A stretch of DNA of 64,000 nucleotides from Amphiscolops sp. MND2022. Taxonomy: Eukaryota. Location: contig OZ076413.1 in the NCBI GenBank assembly GCA_964187785.1, positions 44,084,001 to 44,148,000 of the forward strand, written 5' to 3'. A program made the position numbers and the translations under genes. The notes beneath the pieces were generated by a model. That model saw only the letters and a list, made by a program, of their open reading frames with translations, did no database searches and was not told the origin of the DNA. This document shows positions 1 through 13,795 of the stretch, piece after piece. Every line of letters begins with the position of its first letter. The first letter of the stretch is position 1.

Positions 1-168
1 GTTGAACCACCCGGACGTGCAGGTATTGGGTGTCACCTCAGCCCCCTGGGCCATGAACCCAGAACTGCTTCTCAGGTTCCCCCACAAACAACTCATAGAC
101 TATCCCTCCGAGGAAGAGAAGACCGAAGTACTCAAAGTCAAGTTCGAGAAATTCAAACACAATCTCAC
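1..168 (+). CDS. Internal exon (5'-truncated by window) of a divergent VPS4/katanin-family AAA ATPase
   Basis: Frame 2 reads LNHPDVQVLGVTSAPWAMNPELLLRFPHKQLIDYPSEEEKTEVLKVKFEKFKHNL(T). By eye this aligns with the VPS4 second-region-of-homology segment (VLGATNIPW..D.AIRRRFEKRIYIPLP...HNLT). It ends at a GTAAGT donor at 169, phase 2. Confidence 0.75.
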
Positions 169-655
169 GTAAGTATAGTAATTGGTTGTGAGATCGAAAA
201 GGGGTATACTTTATCTTCGACAGTGATTTAGTCCTCAAATGAGGACAGCTATTTTTTAGCTATCAATAAAAAAATACGAAACGCAAAAAGAATACAGGAA
301 AACGAAAATATGTCTTTCTTATTGATAATCTGTTGGAGTATATGAAGTGAATTGTTATTTGGGTCAATATAGTTTTTTCCGTGAGCCACCGGCAAAAAAG
401 TAACTGGAAAAGTGAAAACTTTCAGAAAATTAGCCTTCTCATAATAACTGAGCAACTAGTAACACAGTAGGCCACCATTGAAAACGCACATAGAAGATTT
501 TTCAATGAAGCTTCAGCTATGAGTTCGACCGGCATTTGAAAGACCGGGGTGGCTCACTCCAACAAATGACGCCAACTTCCAGCCTAACTAGAGTGCATTG
601 TAAAGCTTAGGTAAAGGGCTTTCAGGAGACAAACTTTTGTCAATTTTTCGACTTC

Positions 656-3600
656 TCATTTAGCTGTTTGTCGTCGATTGCCTACTGTGATTTTCGCTTG
701 TTCGCACTTTTTGTTCACGTCTCGGTTTTTCTCAAATATTCTATTCCGCTGTGATTGGTCGCTACAATTTGTTTCGGTCCTTTTTGTTCTTTCCACCTCG
801 TTTTGTGATTGGTTGGCGAATATTTGTTCGTATTTTCTATTCAATTCAGCTTGTTCTGAAAGGATGTTAATAACGTATTGCTCATCGTATACGTCTTCGG
901 TCGTTGCGATTTCCACCGGTTCCTACTAAGAAAGTCGGTAAACTTGAAACTACTTCCTGCGATGTGTTGAATAGCTATATCAAAGTGGGCGAGTCGATCT
1001 AACCATCTAGTTAATCTCGCACTGTATTGTCTGTTGCATCTTTCCGTATAAATAAAATCGGAACATTTCTAAACCCCAAACAACTGCCAGTATTTCTAGT
1101 TCTCCGATTGAATATTTTTCTCGCTGTCAATCAAATATCTGCTGCCGAAAGCTATCGGTTTCACTTCCGCATCCGACTGTTTTTGCCGTAATGTAATTCC
1201 GAGTCCGGTTTTGCTTGCATCGGTTGTGACTATGTTTTCTCGGTCTTTTGCGTAAAGTGCTAAGCAAGGTTCTTCGGTCTACATTTTCTTTATAATATTT
1301 AAGTCTTCTTCTTGTTGCTTTCCCCAGTTCTATGTGGAATCTTTCTTTAGAAGTCTTCGAAGTCTTTCCGTTCTTTTCGATAGTCTCGGTAAAAATTAGA
1401 TAATTAATAAAGGTAATGTATTGCACCGAGAAATGATTTTAGTTATTTTTGGTGTTCGGGTGTTTCAGTTCAAGTATTGCTTTTACTTTTTCTTTATTCG
1501 GTTTGATTCCCGTTCCGTCAATTTCATGCCCCAGCCATTTGGTTTTGTTTAGGAAGAGTTCGGATTTTCTTACGCTTGCTCGGTATCCTGCATTCTCCGA
1601 TTTTTCCAATATATCAAATTATTTCTTATCGTGTTCTGTTCGGTCGCCCCGTGTTACCACTATAAAACTCTCCAGCCATGCCGGTGTAGAAAAGTCTAAT
1701 GTTCGGTCAATTTTTTCTTGAAATAATGTAGGACTGTCGGCAAAACTGTAGGATCCTTTTTTAAATTTGTAGTATCCACCTAAATTTCCTCCCGTTATTG
1801 CAAACACGCATTGTCGGCTGGTTTCTTTGGATAGTTTAATTTAGCCGTTCGCGTAATCGAGGTCGATCTTCGATATCATCAATTCTTTTGTTCGGTCTCT
1901 TGTAATTTCCACTGAAATTTGGTTTGATAACTCTTCCATGTTTGGCATGTGTGATCGGATTTTCATACAGCTATTTTGAGTCTAATGCTCTTTTTACAGA
2001 TTGGTCACTTTTTACCTAAATTACTAGCGGTGAAACAAAGCGGTCTTAATCTACGTGTTTTTTTTTCAGATGTCTGGTTTTTATCAATTTTTCTAGTTCT
2101 TTCCCACCTTCTTCTTGCAGCTGTAATGGGATCGGTCTTGCTTTTTGTTTCACCGGGTAGTGTCCCGGTTTTAGTTGGTTGTTTACTTCGGTGTCTGTTA
2201 TTGTGGTGTTGTTCCTGAATAAATCTGGAAACTTTTCCATTACTCGTCTTTTTTCTGATTGGCCATCATCTTCCAATCGGATGTTTCCAATTGTCACGTT
2301 GAATTTCTTCATCCAATCCATACCGAGTAACGGTGTGATGTCATTTTTTCGGTGGTTAGAATTTGCATTTTTTGTTTATTGTTCTCGTATTCAATGTTTG
2401 CTGGTTTTTTTCCCCGGAAAATTACTTCGTTTTTATTTACGTCTTGATACCGTTTTTTCACTTTTTGTATCTCGGTTTAATTCTTTATTTTTTCATCTAC
2501 GGGCATTGTTGAAATTGGTGATCCGGAATCCACTATAAACTCCTTTTCAATACCGTTTATTTTTACCACGGCTGTCAGGCATATGTTTCTGTCGGTAATT
2601 CTGTTTATTCTTCCAATTCTGTGTATGCTTGTTTCTGATTCGTCGGATTCTCCTCCAATTGCCTCTAATTCGTCTTCGGTTACATTGCGTACTTTGCGTT
2701 TATAATTTTCTTTTTGTGTGCATACCCGTGCGAAATGTCCCTTCTTTCCGCAGTTATTGCAAAGTTTGCCAAATTCCGGGCATTTGCTGATGGGATTCCA
2801 GTTCCTTGCGTTACAGTATTTACATGGTTTCTCGTTTGTAAATTTAATCTTCGGTCTTGTATCAGATCTTTCCATTCTTTGTATTGGCTCTTCTTTTATT
2901 TCTTTTTCTCAGTTTAAAATCAGAGCTCTCGGTATAATGTTTTTCCGGTTTTTTTCGTATGTATTTTTTAAATTATTTCGATTGTCTTCATTTCGAGTTT
3001 TTTCTCGTTCAGTAATTTGTCCCGGAGTTTCGTATCCGTAATTGCGGTAATAAATTTTGAAAATAGTAAATCTTCGGCTGTTTTTCCTTCAAATGTGCAT
3101 TCTTTTTCTATTTCTATCAATCTCCGCCAGAAGTCTTCCGGTGTTTCGGATTCGGTTTGTCTCGTCGAGAAGAATTCTCCGCGGTTGTGATAGGTATTCC
3201 GTTTTGGTAGAAATCATTCATTCAATAGTCGGATGAGGTCTTTCACCGCTATTTTGTCTGTTTTGTACTCCGCCCGCGTCATTTGGTATAATGCTTCGGG
3301 ACCAATTCCTCATATAAAGTCTTCTTGGATTTTTTTTCCTGACCACCCGATTTGCGTTATTCCAACTCCCCGTATCAATTCGGTAATGTCCATTTTGTGT
3401 TTTCTCTTCGTATATTGCCGAAATCGTTCGAGCCGTTGTTTCGGTGTGAATATTCTTTTCCCGTCTGGTGTGGCATCGGAATTTGGTACTTCGATCTTGA
3501 TTTCTTTTGTCATCTTCTTTGTTTCAATAGAAGTTTCTTGGGTAATTTAGATTGCTGACTGCGCCATGTTCTATTTCTTGGTTGATAGGAAAACAATTGA

Positions 3601-3856
3601 GATTGAAATTAAATTGAAATTCAGTTGAAATTAAAAGTATCTTTGAACATAGAACAAAGTCAAAGCGATCTTTCTTCTATATCGAATGGTATCACAAATG
3701 ATCTATCTTTAGTGCAAAAGATTAGCACTATGTTTACAAATATGTATAAACACGAATCTCATTTGGTCTACATAATTTGGTTTAGTTCTAAGAAAAGATC
3801 TAAGTTTGAATGACGTTGTCACCGAATAGATCGGTTCGGTATTACACCGTATAACA
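656..3856 (-). mobile_element. Decayed, 3'-truncated Ty3/Gypsy LTR retrotransposon (element A, Mag-like)
   Basis: Frameshifted fragments: gag zinc knuckle (CNNCGKKGHFARVC), protease (VDSGSP), RT (FAITGG..GYYKF, TPAWLES) and RNase H. PBS TGGCGCAGTCAGC at 3554-3566. Only one LTR-like TG...CA segment is seen (3567-3856). No integrase or second LTR is visible, so the left boundary is approximate. Confidence 0.85.
3567..3856 (-). repeat. Putative 5' LTR of element A
   Basis: Starts TGTTCT immediately beside the PBS and ends TAACA. There is no partner LTR to confirm the outer end. Confidence 0.55.
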
Positions 3857-4936
3857 GTACTGTCGAGGTTATGCACGGTTCTAATTATGGAAATTTCAAT
3901 CTCCCGGAAAAATGTCGGTTTTAACTTAATATTGCATTGCATATAATATCGAGCAGTGGTTGAAAATTCGTTAAAAATTTTAAATTCGTCAGGAAATACT
4001 CAAACGACAAGCTTCCCATGCCAGACGCCGCTCCCCAAAAAATCGAGCACATTCCCAAGATCATCACTATTCGTTCTGTGTTCGGTGAGTCTGATACTGA
4101 TCGGGTGCCACCCCAAAAATTGTGAGGCATGCTCAATTGGATCCATTAGGAGATACCAAACTTGCTACTTAAACAAACGGTACATTTTGGATTGTGTTGC
4201 CACACCTTATAGCCCAAATACTAGAACCAAACACTAGAGCTAACCGACACCATAAAATGAATAAACCAACCCTCTGATGAGTGAACATTGTTAAAGTTAA
4301 CAATTTTTCCCTTGCAAACATTAAAAACAATGTCTAAAGCTGAATGTTGGACAAATTCGTTCAATTCTACAAATATCATGATGACATCTAAAAACGTTGC
4401 CATGGGCGCCTCATTTCTCCTTGCCAGGGCCGATCGTTCTCAAGGTGAAAAACAAGAAAAACAGAAAATTTAGGGACCGTTCAAAGTCATCATCAAAATA
4501 AAGATCCCTCAGTTGTCATCATAATTGTGGGATGTTCTATCAAAGCTAAATAAAAACAACAGGGTCTAGATCAGAGTAACGTAGAATTAACATAATATGC
4601 ATAACATGGCAGGCATAGCGACAACTCATATCAATCTGAAAGAGCGACAACTAATATCAGGTTTGCCAATGTGTTACAAATACTTAAATTCAACACCAAG
4701 TGCAATTTTTAATTTGCTGCAATTAGAAATTCCAAAGATTATTTGGAAATGCTTCTCATTTTATGCGCTCTGCTCAAAGGTGTGATAAAGAAGTGATTAC
4801 CTATCACACTAATATTTATTGTAGAAACTTGCTAATATTTTATAATTTCTTATATTTACCTATGAATGAACTAATTTCCTCTAATGATCTAATTAATTAT
4901 TTGGAATGGATTCAAGTATGTAGATTTCAACTTTCT

Positions 4937-5061
4937 GATATGAGTTTTGATTGATATGAGTTATCGCTTGATATGAGTTGTTGCTTTTTAAAAGTGATAT
5001 GAGTTGTCGCCTGATATGAGTTGTCGCTTGATATGAGTTGTCGCTTGATATGAGTTGTCGC
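4937..5061. repeat. Tandem 17-bp minisatellite (GATATGAGTTGTCGCTT)
   Basis: About 6-7 imperfect copies directly visible. Confidence 0.9.
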
Positions 5062-5213
5062 CGTACGAACATGGCAGGTTTGAACACTCGGTGAAAGCAT
5101 GAAAAACGACAATTTTCGAAAGCTTGTGGATAACATGCACAATTCAAAGAAGTAAGCCGTTTATAGTCGCCGTATTTTGTTACAAATGTAGTGCCCGACG
5201 CTACAGTAACTAC

Positions 5214-8200
5214 TGTTCTATTCTAACAAACTCAGTATTTAAGAAAAGAAAAGTTTCTAAAAGATAATCTCTTTTTGTAGGTCTAGATCGTAGATATCAA
5301 AGTATTGTTATTGAGATATCAAATTTAGTATTGGTATAATATGTATTTGTCAATACTAGCAGGTACTCTAGACATGTAACTAAAAATTTGCAGTTTTAGA
5401 ACCGAATCTCGGTTAGGTCATGAACTGGAATGAACCCGAATGTAACATTTCCCCGTATTTCTTTTCTTCTTCTTAATCCTGGTTTGAAGGTCCGGGGGGC
5501 GTTCCTTCTTCTGGCAGAAAATCCGCGGGCTTTTGAATTTTCTCCGTCATTGGTGTTCCTTTTGTTCGCGTCCACAAGTTTCCTGTAACAAATGCAATCT
5601 GCTTAGTTATTTTATTTCTAATCAAAAAAATTTCCAGTATATGGTATGGTACCGTATCTATTCGGTTTTTTACTGTCTCGGGTTGACCGTCTTATATTTG
5701 TTTTTGAGTTCTCACCCGATATTTCACCGTTGGTGTGTGGTTGTAGCGCGTCTTCTTCCGGGTTTGTCCGGATTGGCGCATATCGTCTTTCACGTTCGGA
5801 GGTATCGTATACTTTCGGTGTTGGTGTCCCGACTTCTTCCGGCATCTCTTCGTCGTCATCATAGTCTTCTTCTTCTTCCTTATCGCTTCCCGTTTGTTTT
5901 TGGTTCTGCACTATCTTCAATTTTCTGTTTAAAATGTCACGGAGTTTTTCGTTCCATCTGCCGTATTTACCATCAAGACTTCGGAGACAGTGTCTAATTT
6001 TTGGGTTGATCTCGCTCGCCTTTGGTATTGATGGCCGGCTCTCTTGGTGTTTTCTTCTCGGTCTGAAATAATGGTCCGAAATAAATAAATTTTCGGTTAA
6101 CTATTTTTCCGGTGTCCGTTTTTACGATGTTTTTGGTTCCGCTTATTGCGGTTTGTATTTTGTTTTGAAACTTCCCTCCTAAGGATTTTTTGTTATAATT
6201 TTTTTCGACAAATAAATAGGATATCTAACCGATATTTTCTTCGTCGGTGACTTCGTGTTTTCTCCGGTTTGTTTTTCTTCGTTCTTTGTCTTCGCCATTA
6301 TGATGTGGTTGGTTAATTCACCTTCCGCATCGCGGCCCACATAGATTGGGATTTTCGGTCTATCCGGAGCTGAAACAGTCATTTCTGACCAACTAGACAA
6401 GTATGGTTTACCGTCTTTACCGATATTCGTTAATTCGGTTTTCGGTTTTCTTCCGTGGTGTAATTCAAACGGTGGTATTTTTATTCCGGTATGATTTGTG
6501 AAACGCTTTACCAGTAGCGCCCGATTTACGCTTTCGGTTAGGCAAAGTCCGTCCTCCATATTCGCTATTATTAGTATTTTGATTATTTGAATTGCCCTCT
6601 TCATTACTCCTTTTCCGGTATGCATTCGGGGTGTACAATATTCTATTTCTATTTTTCGGTTTTTGTAAAATTGTTGGTATTCGTTTGAGATAAATGCTCC
6701 CCTTTTGTCGGATTAAATTTTTTCCGGTATTCCGTACAAGTTAGGGATACTCGATAGAAATTTTATTACTTCTTTTGTCCCCGACGTTTAACAGATTTTC
6801 GCTGTCGGCCATTTGCTGAATCTACCTATCGCAATAAGTATTTGTATTTCCCCACTTAAATTTTAATTGTGTAGTTTTCCGGTAAAATCGATTTTTATTT
6901 CTTGTCCGGGTTTGGATACTTTTTCTAGTTTTCCGTCATGTTTTTTTGGTAATTTATAATCAAGATTTTTACCTGATGCTAGGTATGCTGTACAGTCCTT
7001 GACTTTCGTTTTTTTTCTTGTTTGGCCACCAAAAGATTTTGGCTTCGGACGTCTTTTTTGTAATGCGGGAGTGACCGAAATGTAAGATGTCTAGTAATCG
7101 CCGTCTGAGGTCGATGGGTACGACGATTTGGTCGTCGACGAATACCCGGCCCCATCTAATCGATAGTTTGTCGAAGACTGTGCGATAGCCGTCCGGGATG
7201 GTTTCTCTGTCTTCTCGGCGCATACTGGTTCTTACTCGGGTCAGCTCCGGGTCGATTGCTGTTTTTGATATCAGCGTGTTCAGATCCATCATGAATTCAA
7301 ATTGAGCTTTTTGATATGGTCTTCGGGAGCCTTCTTGTTTGTGGTTACTTTTCCGACAATGTGATTTATCTGAATGTACTTCGTTTTTTTGCCTTCTGTA
7401 TTTTACTTTTTTAAAGTCCACAATCGGTAAGTTGTCACCTCGCATAATTATGCTGTCTTCTTCTGTTTCATTGTTTTCTATTTCGAGTTCTCCTTCTTCC
7501 CGTATTTCGTCCGGTTGTTCATCTTGTTGTTCGATTAGTGGTTGATAGCCGCTCATAGTCTGTTTGCTCTCCGGATTAATTCGGCGTCGATTTCGGCAAT
7601 TTTTTCTCTGCTGTGATTGTTTGGCCGGGACGGAGCAAAAACCGTACGTTGTGTCTGATGGTCATACCGGCGTCTCAATGTGCCGGGTCGGGATAGCGCA
7701 TTCCGTTGTTCAACGAGTCTTCTTGTCTCCGGGCTGTTGTTTCTCCTTCTAATGATGTCCATTATTTCTCGGGTGTCTCCCCAGTGGTAAAAGTTTTCCC
7801 TATTAATGTTGCCAAGGATTTCATCTTTTACTGTTTGACTGTCTTCCAAAGTGCTAATATCGGAGTGCCCAGATGTTGTTTTCTCCTCATGTTTGGTTTT
7901 GTTCACGTGGTTTTTGTCCTCGAACATTCTATTCAATAGTGATTGGTCGGTTTTGTGCTCAATTTTGTGTTCGGAATCGTTCTTTTTTCTTTCGGTGATG
8001 CGTTTGTTGCGTTTTGATTTTTTTTTGGTTTCCGAATAATTGTCCGTATTTCAGATTCAATTCAGCTTGTTTGGCGAGAATGTTAGTTACGTATTCTTCA
8101 TCGTATTTTCTTCCGGGGTGGCTCCCCTACCGGATTTCTGCTGAGATAGTCGGTAAATTTCAAATTGCTGTCGGCTATATGCTTTATTGATATATCAAAA

Positions 8201-11081
8201 TGCGTTAGACGGTCTAACCATCTCGTTAGCCTTGCACTGTGTTGTTTATTGCTCCGGTTTCTTTTGATTAATGGTTTTCATGCTTGGTGGTCCGTATATA
8301 AGTGAACCTTTTTTCCGTAGAGACAAAATCGGAAATTCTCCAGTCCCCACACTACTTCCAGTACTTCTAATTCACCGATGGAATGTTTCTTCTCGGTATC
8401 GTTCAAATACCTACTTCCGTAAGCTATCGGTTTTGTATTTTCGTTGTCTTGTTTTTGCCATTGTGTAATTCCCAGTCCAGTTGTGCTCGCGTCAGTTGTT
8501 ACTATGTTGTCTTTATCCTTCGCGTAGTGTGCCAAACACGGGCCTTCGGTTAGCATCTGTTTTAGTTCTTCCGAAATCTTCATTTTGTTCGGGTCCCCAA
8601 TTCCATGTTTCGTTCTTTTCCAATAGTTTCCGTAGTCCGTCTGTTCTTTCCGAAAGTTTCGGTAAAAATTTAGCCAAATATTGTATTGCTCTGAGAAACG
8701 ATTTTAATTCCTTGGTATTTTGCAGTGGGTTCAATTTTAATCGGGCTTCTACTTTTTCTTCGTTCCGTTTTGTTCCGTTTTCATCAATTTCATGGCGCAA
8801 CCAATTTGTTTGTTTCATAAAGAATTGTAATATTCTCTTGCTAGCTCGGTACCCGGCTTTCTCTAGCTTGTTAAGGACGTCGAATAGTTTCTCTTCGTGA
8901 TCCTGTTTGCTTCCGCGTGTTACTATTATCATGTCTTCCAACCAAGCTGGGGTGCAGTATCCGAGTGTTCGGTCAATTTTTTCTTGGAATATTGTGGGTA
9001 TTTCGGCAAGTCCGTAAAACCCTTTTTCGAATCTGTAATAGCCACTAAACTTTCCTCCGGTTAATGCGAATACGCAATGTCGGCTAGTTTCTTCGGATAA
9101 TTTCGTTTGGCCGTATGCGAAAATCCAAGTCAATTTTAGAAATGAATAGTTGCTTTGTTTGGTCGCGTGGTATTTCTACCGAAATCTGATTTAACAGTTC
9201 TTCCATATTCGGCATGTGTGGTCTCGTTTTGATGCCACTATCGTTTAACTTCCGGGAGCCTAGTGCTATTTGCACTGATTTGTTGCTATTTACTGTGATT
9301 ACTACCGGTAATTTGAAGCAATTTTCATCAATATCTTTTATTTCCTCTAGGTGTCCGAATTTTATCAATTTTCCTATTTCTTGTAGGTGTAATGGTACCG
9401 GTCGGGCCTTTTGTTTTACCGGAAAATGTCCGGGTTTCAGTTGTATTTTTATTTCAATATCTCTTATTGTCTCGTTGTTTTCAAACAAACCCGGAAGTTT
9501 ATTTATAATTTTCTCCTTTTCTGATTGGTTGTTCTCGGCCAATTTTACTCTCCGATAGTTAGTTTGAATGTTTTCGTCCAATCCATCTCGCGTAATGGTG
9601 TTATATATGTTCTTTCGGCTACAGAGTTTCCATCTTCTGTTTGTTGTTTTCGTACTCGATGTCCATCGGAATTTTTCCCCGGAATTTTACTTCGTTTTTA
9701 TTTACGTCTTGTTACCGGTTTGTTATTTTCTGGATTTCAGTGTGCTTCATGATTCTTTCGTCGGGTGGCATTATTGTGATTGGTGATCCAGTGTCTATAA
9801 TGAATTTTTTCTTCACTCCGTTCATTCTAATTGTTGCCGTGTAGTGTTTCTTCTTTTCTTCGATTGTTCTTACTTCTTTGATGTGGTGTACGCTCTCTTC
9901 TGATTCGCTAGTTGATTCATTCGGTTGTTGAGTTTTGTCTTCGGTTAGTCTTTTCACTGTTCGGTTAATATACAATCTTTGTCTGCATGCTTTTGGGAAA
10001 TGGTCTTTCTTTCCGCACTTGTTACAGTTTGCTTGTAGTGTCGGACATTTATGTATCGGTGACCAATTTGGCGCGTTGCAAAATCTGCATGGTCCGTTCA
10101 GGAATTGTTTATTTTTCGGTTTTGTTCCGAATCTTTCTATTTTCTGTGTCGGTTCTTCTTTTTTCAGTTGTTTTTCCTTTGATGACATTACTTCTTGATT
10201 AGTTCTTGCGGGTTTGTGTTCTTTTTGTTTTTCTTTTTGTACATGTTCTGCTTTATCAGTTCGAGTATTTTCTTCAACTCCAATGTTTTTTCTTTCATTA
10301 TTTTGTCCCGTAGTTTCTTGTTGGTTATTGCGGTCATGTATTTGGAGATAAGTAATTCTTCGGCTGAGATGGAACCGAAGTTACATTCTTTTTCGATTTC
10401 GATCAGTCGTCTCCAAAAATCCTCCGGTTTTTACTTCTGATTGTTTCGCCCAGAAAAAATCTCCTCGGTTGTGGTGAGTATTTCGTTTCGGTAAATAGTA
10501 TTCGGTGTATCTTTAGTTTTTTTGCTGTCCGGGTCTGTCTTGTGATCTGCTCGGGTTATCTGGAAGAGTGCTTCCGGTGCCACTCCCCAGATAAAATCTT
10601 CTTGTATTGCTCGTCCTTTTGCAGTCCAACCGAGTCAGTTATTCCTTCTCTTTCTAGTACATGTGTAATATCAATTTTGTGTTCCCGTTTTGTAAATTGT
10701 TCGAATCTTTCTAGCCATTGTCTCGGTATAAATACCGGATTTCCGTCCGTGGCTTTAGTTTCGAGATTTGGTACAATATACCTTTCTGCCATGGTTTCGG
10801 TCTGTTAAGAAGGTTTCGATTTGTTTTAAAAATTGGCTGACTGCGCCATGTTCTATCTAACAAACTCAGTTTTTAATAGAAGAAAGGTTTCTAAAAGATA
10901 ATATCTTTTTGTAGGTCTAGATCGTAGATATCAAAGTATTGTTAATGAGATATCTAATTTAATATTGGTATAATATGTATTTGTCAATACTAGCAGGTAC
11001 TCTAGACATGTAACTAAAAGTTTGCAGTTTTAGAACTGAATCTCGGTAAGGTCATGAACCGGAATGAACCCGAATGTAACA
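5214..11081 (-). mobile_element. Full-length but decayed Ty3/Gypsy LTR retrotransposon (element B, Mag-like)
   Basis: LTRs at 5214-5447 and 10849-11081 (TG...CA; about 12 substitutions plus 1 indel by hand count). TSD ACTAC at 5209-5213 and 11082-11086. PBS TGGCGCAGTCAGC at 10836-10848; PPT beside 5448. Broken gag (CNKCGKKDHFPKAC), protease (IDTGSP), RT (TPAWLED), RNase H (TDAS..G, YTDHQA) and integrase (LHFGH..FWWP). Confidence 0.95.
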
Positions 11082-11232
11082 ACTACTTTTTCCTTTCGAC
11101 AGATCACAGAATGTACCTGAAAGGTCCACGTTTTTAACAAACTTTCTTCATGCCGCTTGGCCTAATTGGTAACAACTAACGAGACGAGAACGTCTTCTAT
11201 GATCTTGAAAAACCGATGATTCCTTGAATGAT

Positions 11233-12995
11233 AAACAAGACGAGAACGTCTAAAGTCGGCGCTATATCTAAGGCTCAAAAAGCGCATAACATTTTTTTGG
11301 GGAAAACTTGAAATTTTTGAATTTTTTTTCAAAAAGTGTCGCATAGTGCCGAAAAATGTAAAAAGGGAGGGGGGCTTTTGGATTTAATAACATACATTCT
11401 GTTGCAAAATTTCAAAAAACTCGAAGGGAGGCCCTTTGGGGACATTAAAAAATTTTCGAAAAAAGTTGCACAGTGCCGAAACAAAATCCAAAAGGGGACC
11501 ATTTAGGCACGTCCGGCTTTGTAGGTTTCCTCAAGAAAGTAAAAAAATGAAAGGGGGAACCTTTGGAACCTTTGGACTAAGTTTGCCTTGGCCTTAGGTG
11601 GTTTCAGGATTGTTTCTAAAAAGTGGACCGATCAGTGTGAGGATTGTAGTCTGAAGAAAAAAAGAAAACAAGACGTCCCAAGTCGGCGCCATATCTTAGG
11701 CTCGAAAATATTCAAGGAACAACTATTGGAAATTTTTGGAAAAAAATAATTTTTTTTCAAAAAAATTATTTTTGAAATTTTTTTTCGAAAAAAGTATTTT
11801 TTAAGTCGCACAATGCCGAAAAACTCAAAAAGAGGCCATTCAGGCTCATTCAACGTTTTCTACAAACCGAAAACTTCAAAAAAATGCAAGGGGGTACCCT
11901 TTGATAAAATTCGAAAATTTTCGAAAAAATTCGCATAGTGCCGAAAAAAAACCCAAAGGGGGGGGCCTTTGGTCTCACCTGTACTTTTGGAAGCATTAAA
12001 ATCGAACCCACGCTCTCCGGCTTGGTCGAAGATGAAAGATGAACAAATATGAAAGATGAACAAATTGTAAGAAAAGTGGACCACTCAGAGTGAGATTGTC
12101 AACTGAAAAAAAAACAAACAAAAAAACTACTCACTGTAAGAGTCGGGCTTTTTTCCTTAAGGGAAAAGGCGCCGACTAAAAAGAGTCAATGCTATAGTCG
12201 GGCATTTTTCCTTAAAAGGAAAACGCGCCGACAAAAAACGCTTATCCGTGAGTTGGGCGCCGACATTTGACGGTCCCGTCTTGTTCCTTTTATTATAGGC
12301 TGATTCTGCGTGACCAAACGCACCAACTGTCGCATTATGCGTCAAAAATTGGTTTTGTTGCCTCTATGATTTCTTAATCTTTTTCTCTGACACGCTGACC
12401 TACGGAAAAGAATTTTTAGATCTGAAAGCTGTAACTACAAGGGTATATTGGAACACGCTGTACTACTACTATGATCTTGAAAAACCGATGATTCCATTAA
12501 TGATAAACAAGACGAGAACGTCTAAAGTCGGCGCTATATCTAAGGCTCAAAAAGCGCAAAACATTTTTTTGAAAAAAACTTGAAATTTTTGGAATTTTTT
12601 CTTTCGGAAAATGTCGCATAGTGCCGAAAAATGTAAAAGGGGGACCCTTTGGGCTTTATTAACATATATTCTGTTGCAAAATATCAAAAACTCTGAAGGG
12701 GGGACCCTTTAGTCTCGTCCGGTTTTGTAGGTTACGTTAAAAAAGTAAAAAATGAAAGGGACTCTTTTGCACTATTTTCCGCTGACCGGACTTGGCCTTA
12801 TGGCCTTAGTAGTTTTAGTAGTTTCTATTGTAAGAAAAGTGGACCAATCAGAGTGAGGTTGTAGTCTGACGAAAAAAAAAGAAAAAAAACTAGCCACTGT
12901 AATAGTCGGGCTCTTCTCACTAGAAAAGCGCCGACTAAAAAGAGTCACTGCTATAGTCGGGCATTTTTCCTTTAAAAAAACCCGCCGACTAAAAA
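11233..12995 (-). mobile_element. Cluster of three or more non-autonomous Helentron-type (HINE/DINE-1-like) repeats
   Basis: Repeated unit with subterminal inverted repeat AGTCGGCGC/GCGCCGACT, a nearby partial inverted copy, a terminal stem-loop (AGACG-loop-CGTCT) and a CTTGTTT end. Copies begin near 11233, 11666 and 12504. Confidence 0.65.
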
Positions 12996-13500
12996 CACTT
13001 TTTTGGGAGATTTTTGCAAGGTTTTGGCGAAGTCCTAAATTGATCTCTTTTCATGAAGCATGAATAGTCGTTCAAGAAAATGAAGATCACAACTTGACCT
13101 GTATTTATTTGTTAGAAGTACACATTTTGTACCGGAAATATTAATTTCAGCCATTTTTCCGGAATACGGCATTTCCGGCATTTTTCAAAAATTGCTGAAG
13201 CAGATGAAGAAAACTTTTCGATTTCGGTCATAAAAACGCCAAGTCTATAGATGTATCCATTTAGTATACTGAAGTATTGAGTATACTCAAGTTTTTATGA
13301 GCGTTATAGTACTAAAACTATATACCAATTCGGTGCTTTTCATCAAAATTTATTAAAGTTTGTTGCTCTGTAGCACTTTTAAGGAATGCTTCGAATCGTG
13401 GAATTAATGCCTGAATTGAATCCCATAAAATGTCATTCATTTTTATTTAATTGATTCCGGAAACCTTTTTTTTCTAATTCAAACCAACTGCCTATTTCAG

Positions 13501-13795
13501 ACCCACTTCGTTTGACCTGCTAGCACAAGACATGGACGATTTTCTACCGAACGACGTGCATCTTTTCGTAGACAAGTGTGAAGAAAAGTGTGAACAGCTG
13601 AACAAACTAGCAGAAATGAACAAACAAGAATCAGGCACTGAAGAAGAGATTGCCGCGTTCATGCGTCAATTCATGTTCACACTTAACACAGCCAAGACTA
13701 TTCTCACCTCCATGAAAGAAACTATGGAAGATCTGCCGAGCATGAAACAGTTTATCAAGTTCCGACAGTCCACGCAGAATGGAGAAGTCATGTGA
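13501..13795 (+). CDS. Terminal exon of the same AAA ATPase-like gene (small helical subdomain plus C-terminal helix)
   Basis: TTTCAG acceptor ends at 13500. A phase-2 join to exon 1-168 gives HNLT|PTSFDLLAQDMDDFLPNDVHLFV, resembling VPS4 'HNLT....ELA..TEGYSGADI..IV'. Stop TGA at 13795. The implied intron 169-13500 is filled with transposons. Confidence 0.65.
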
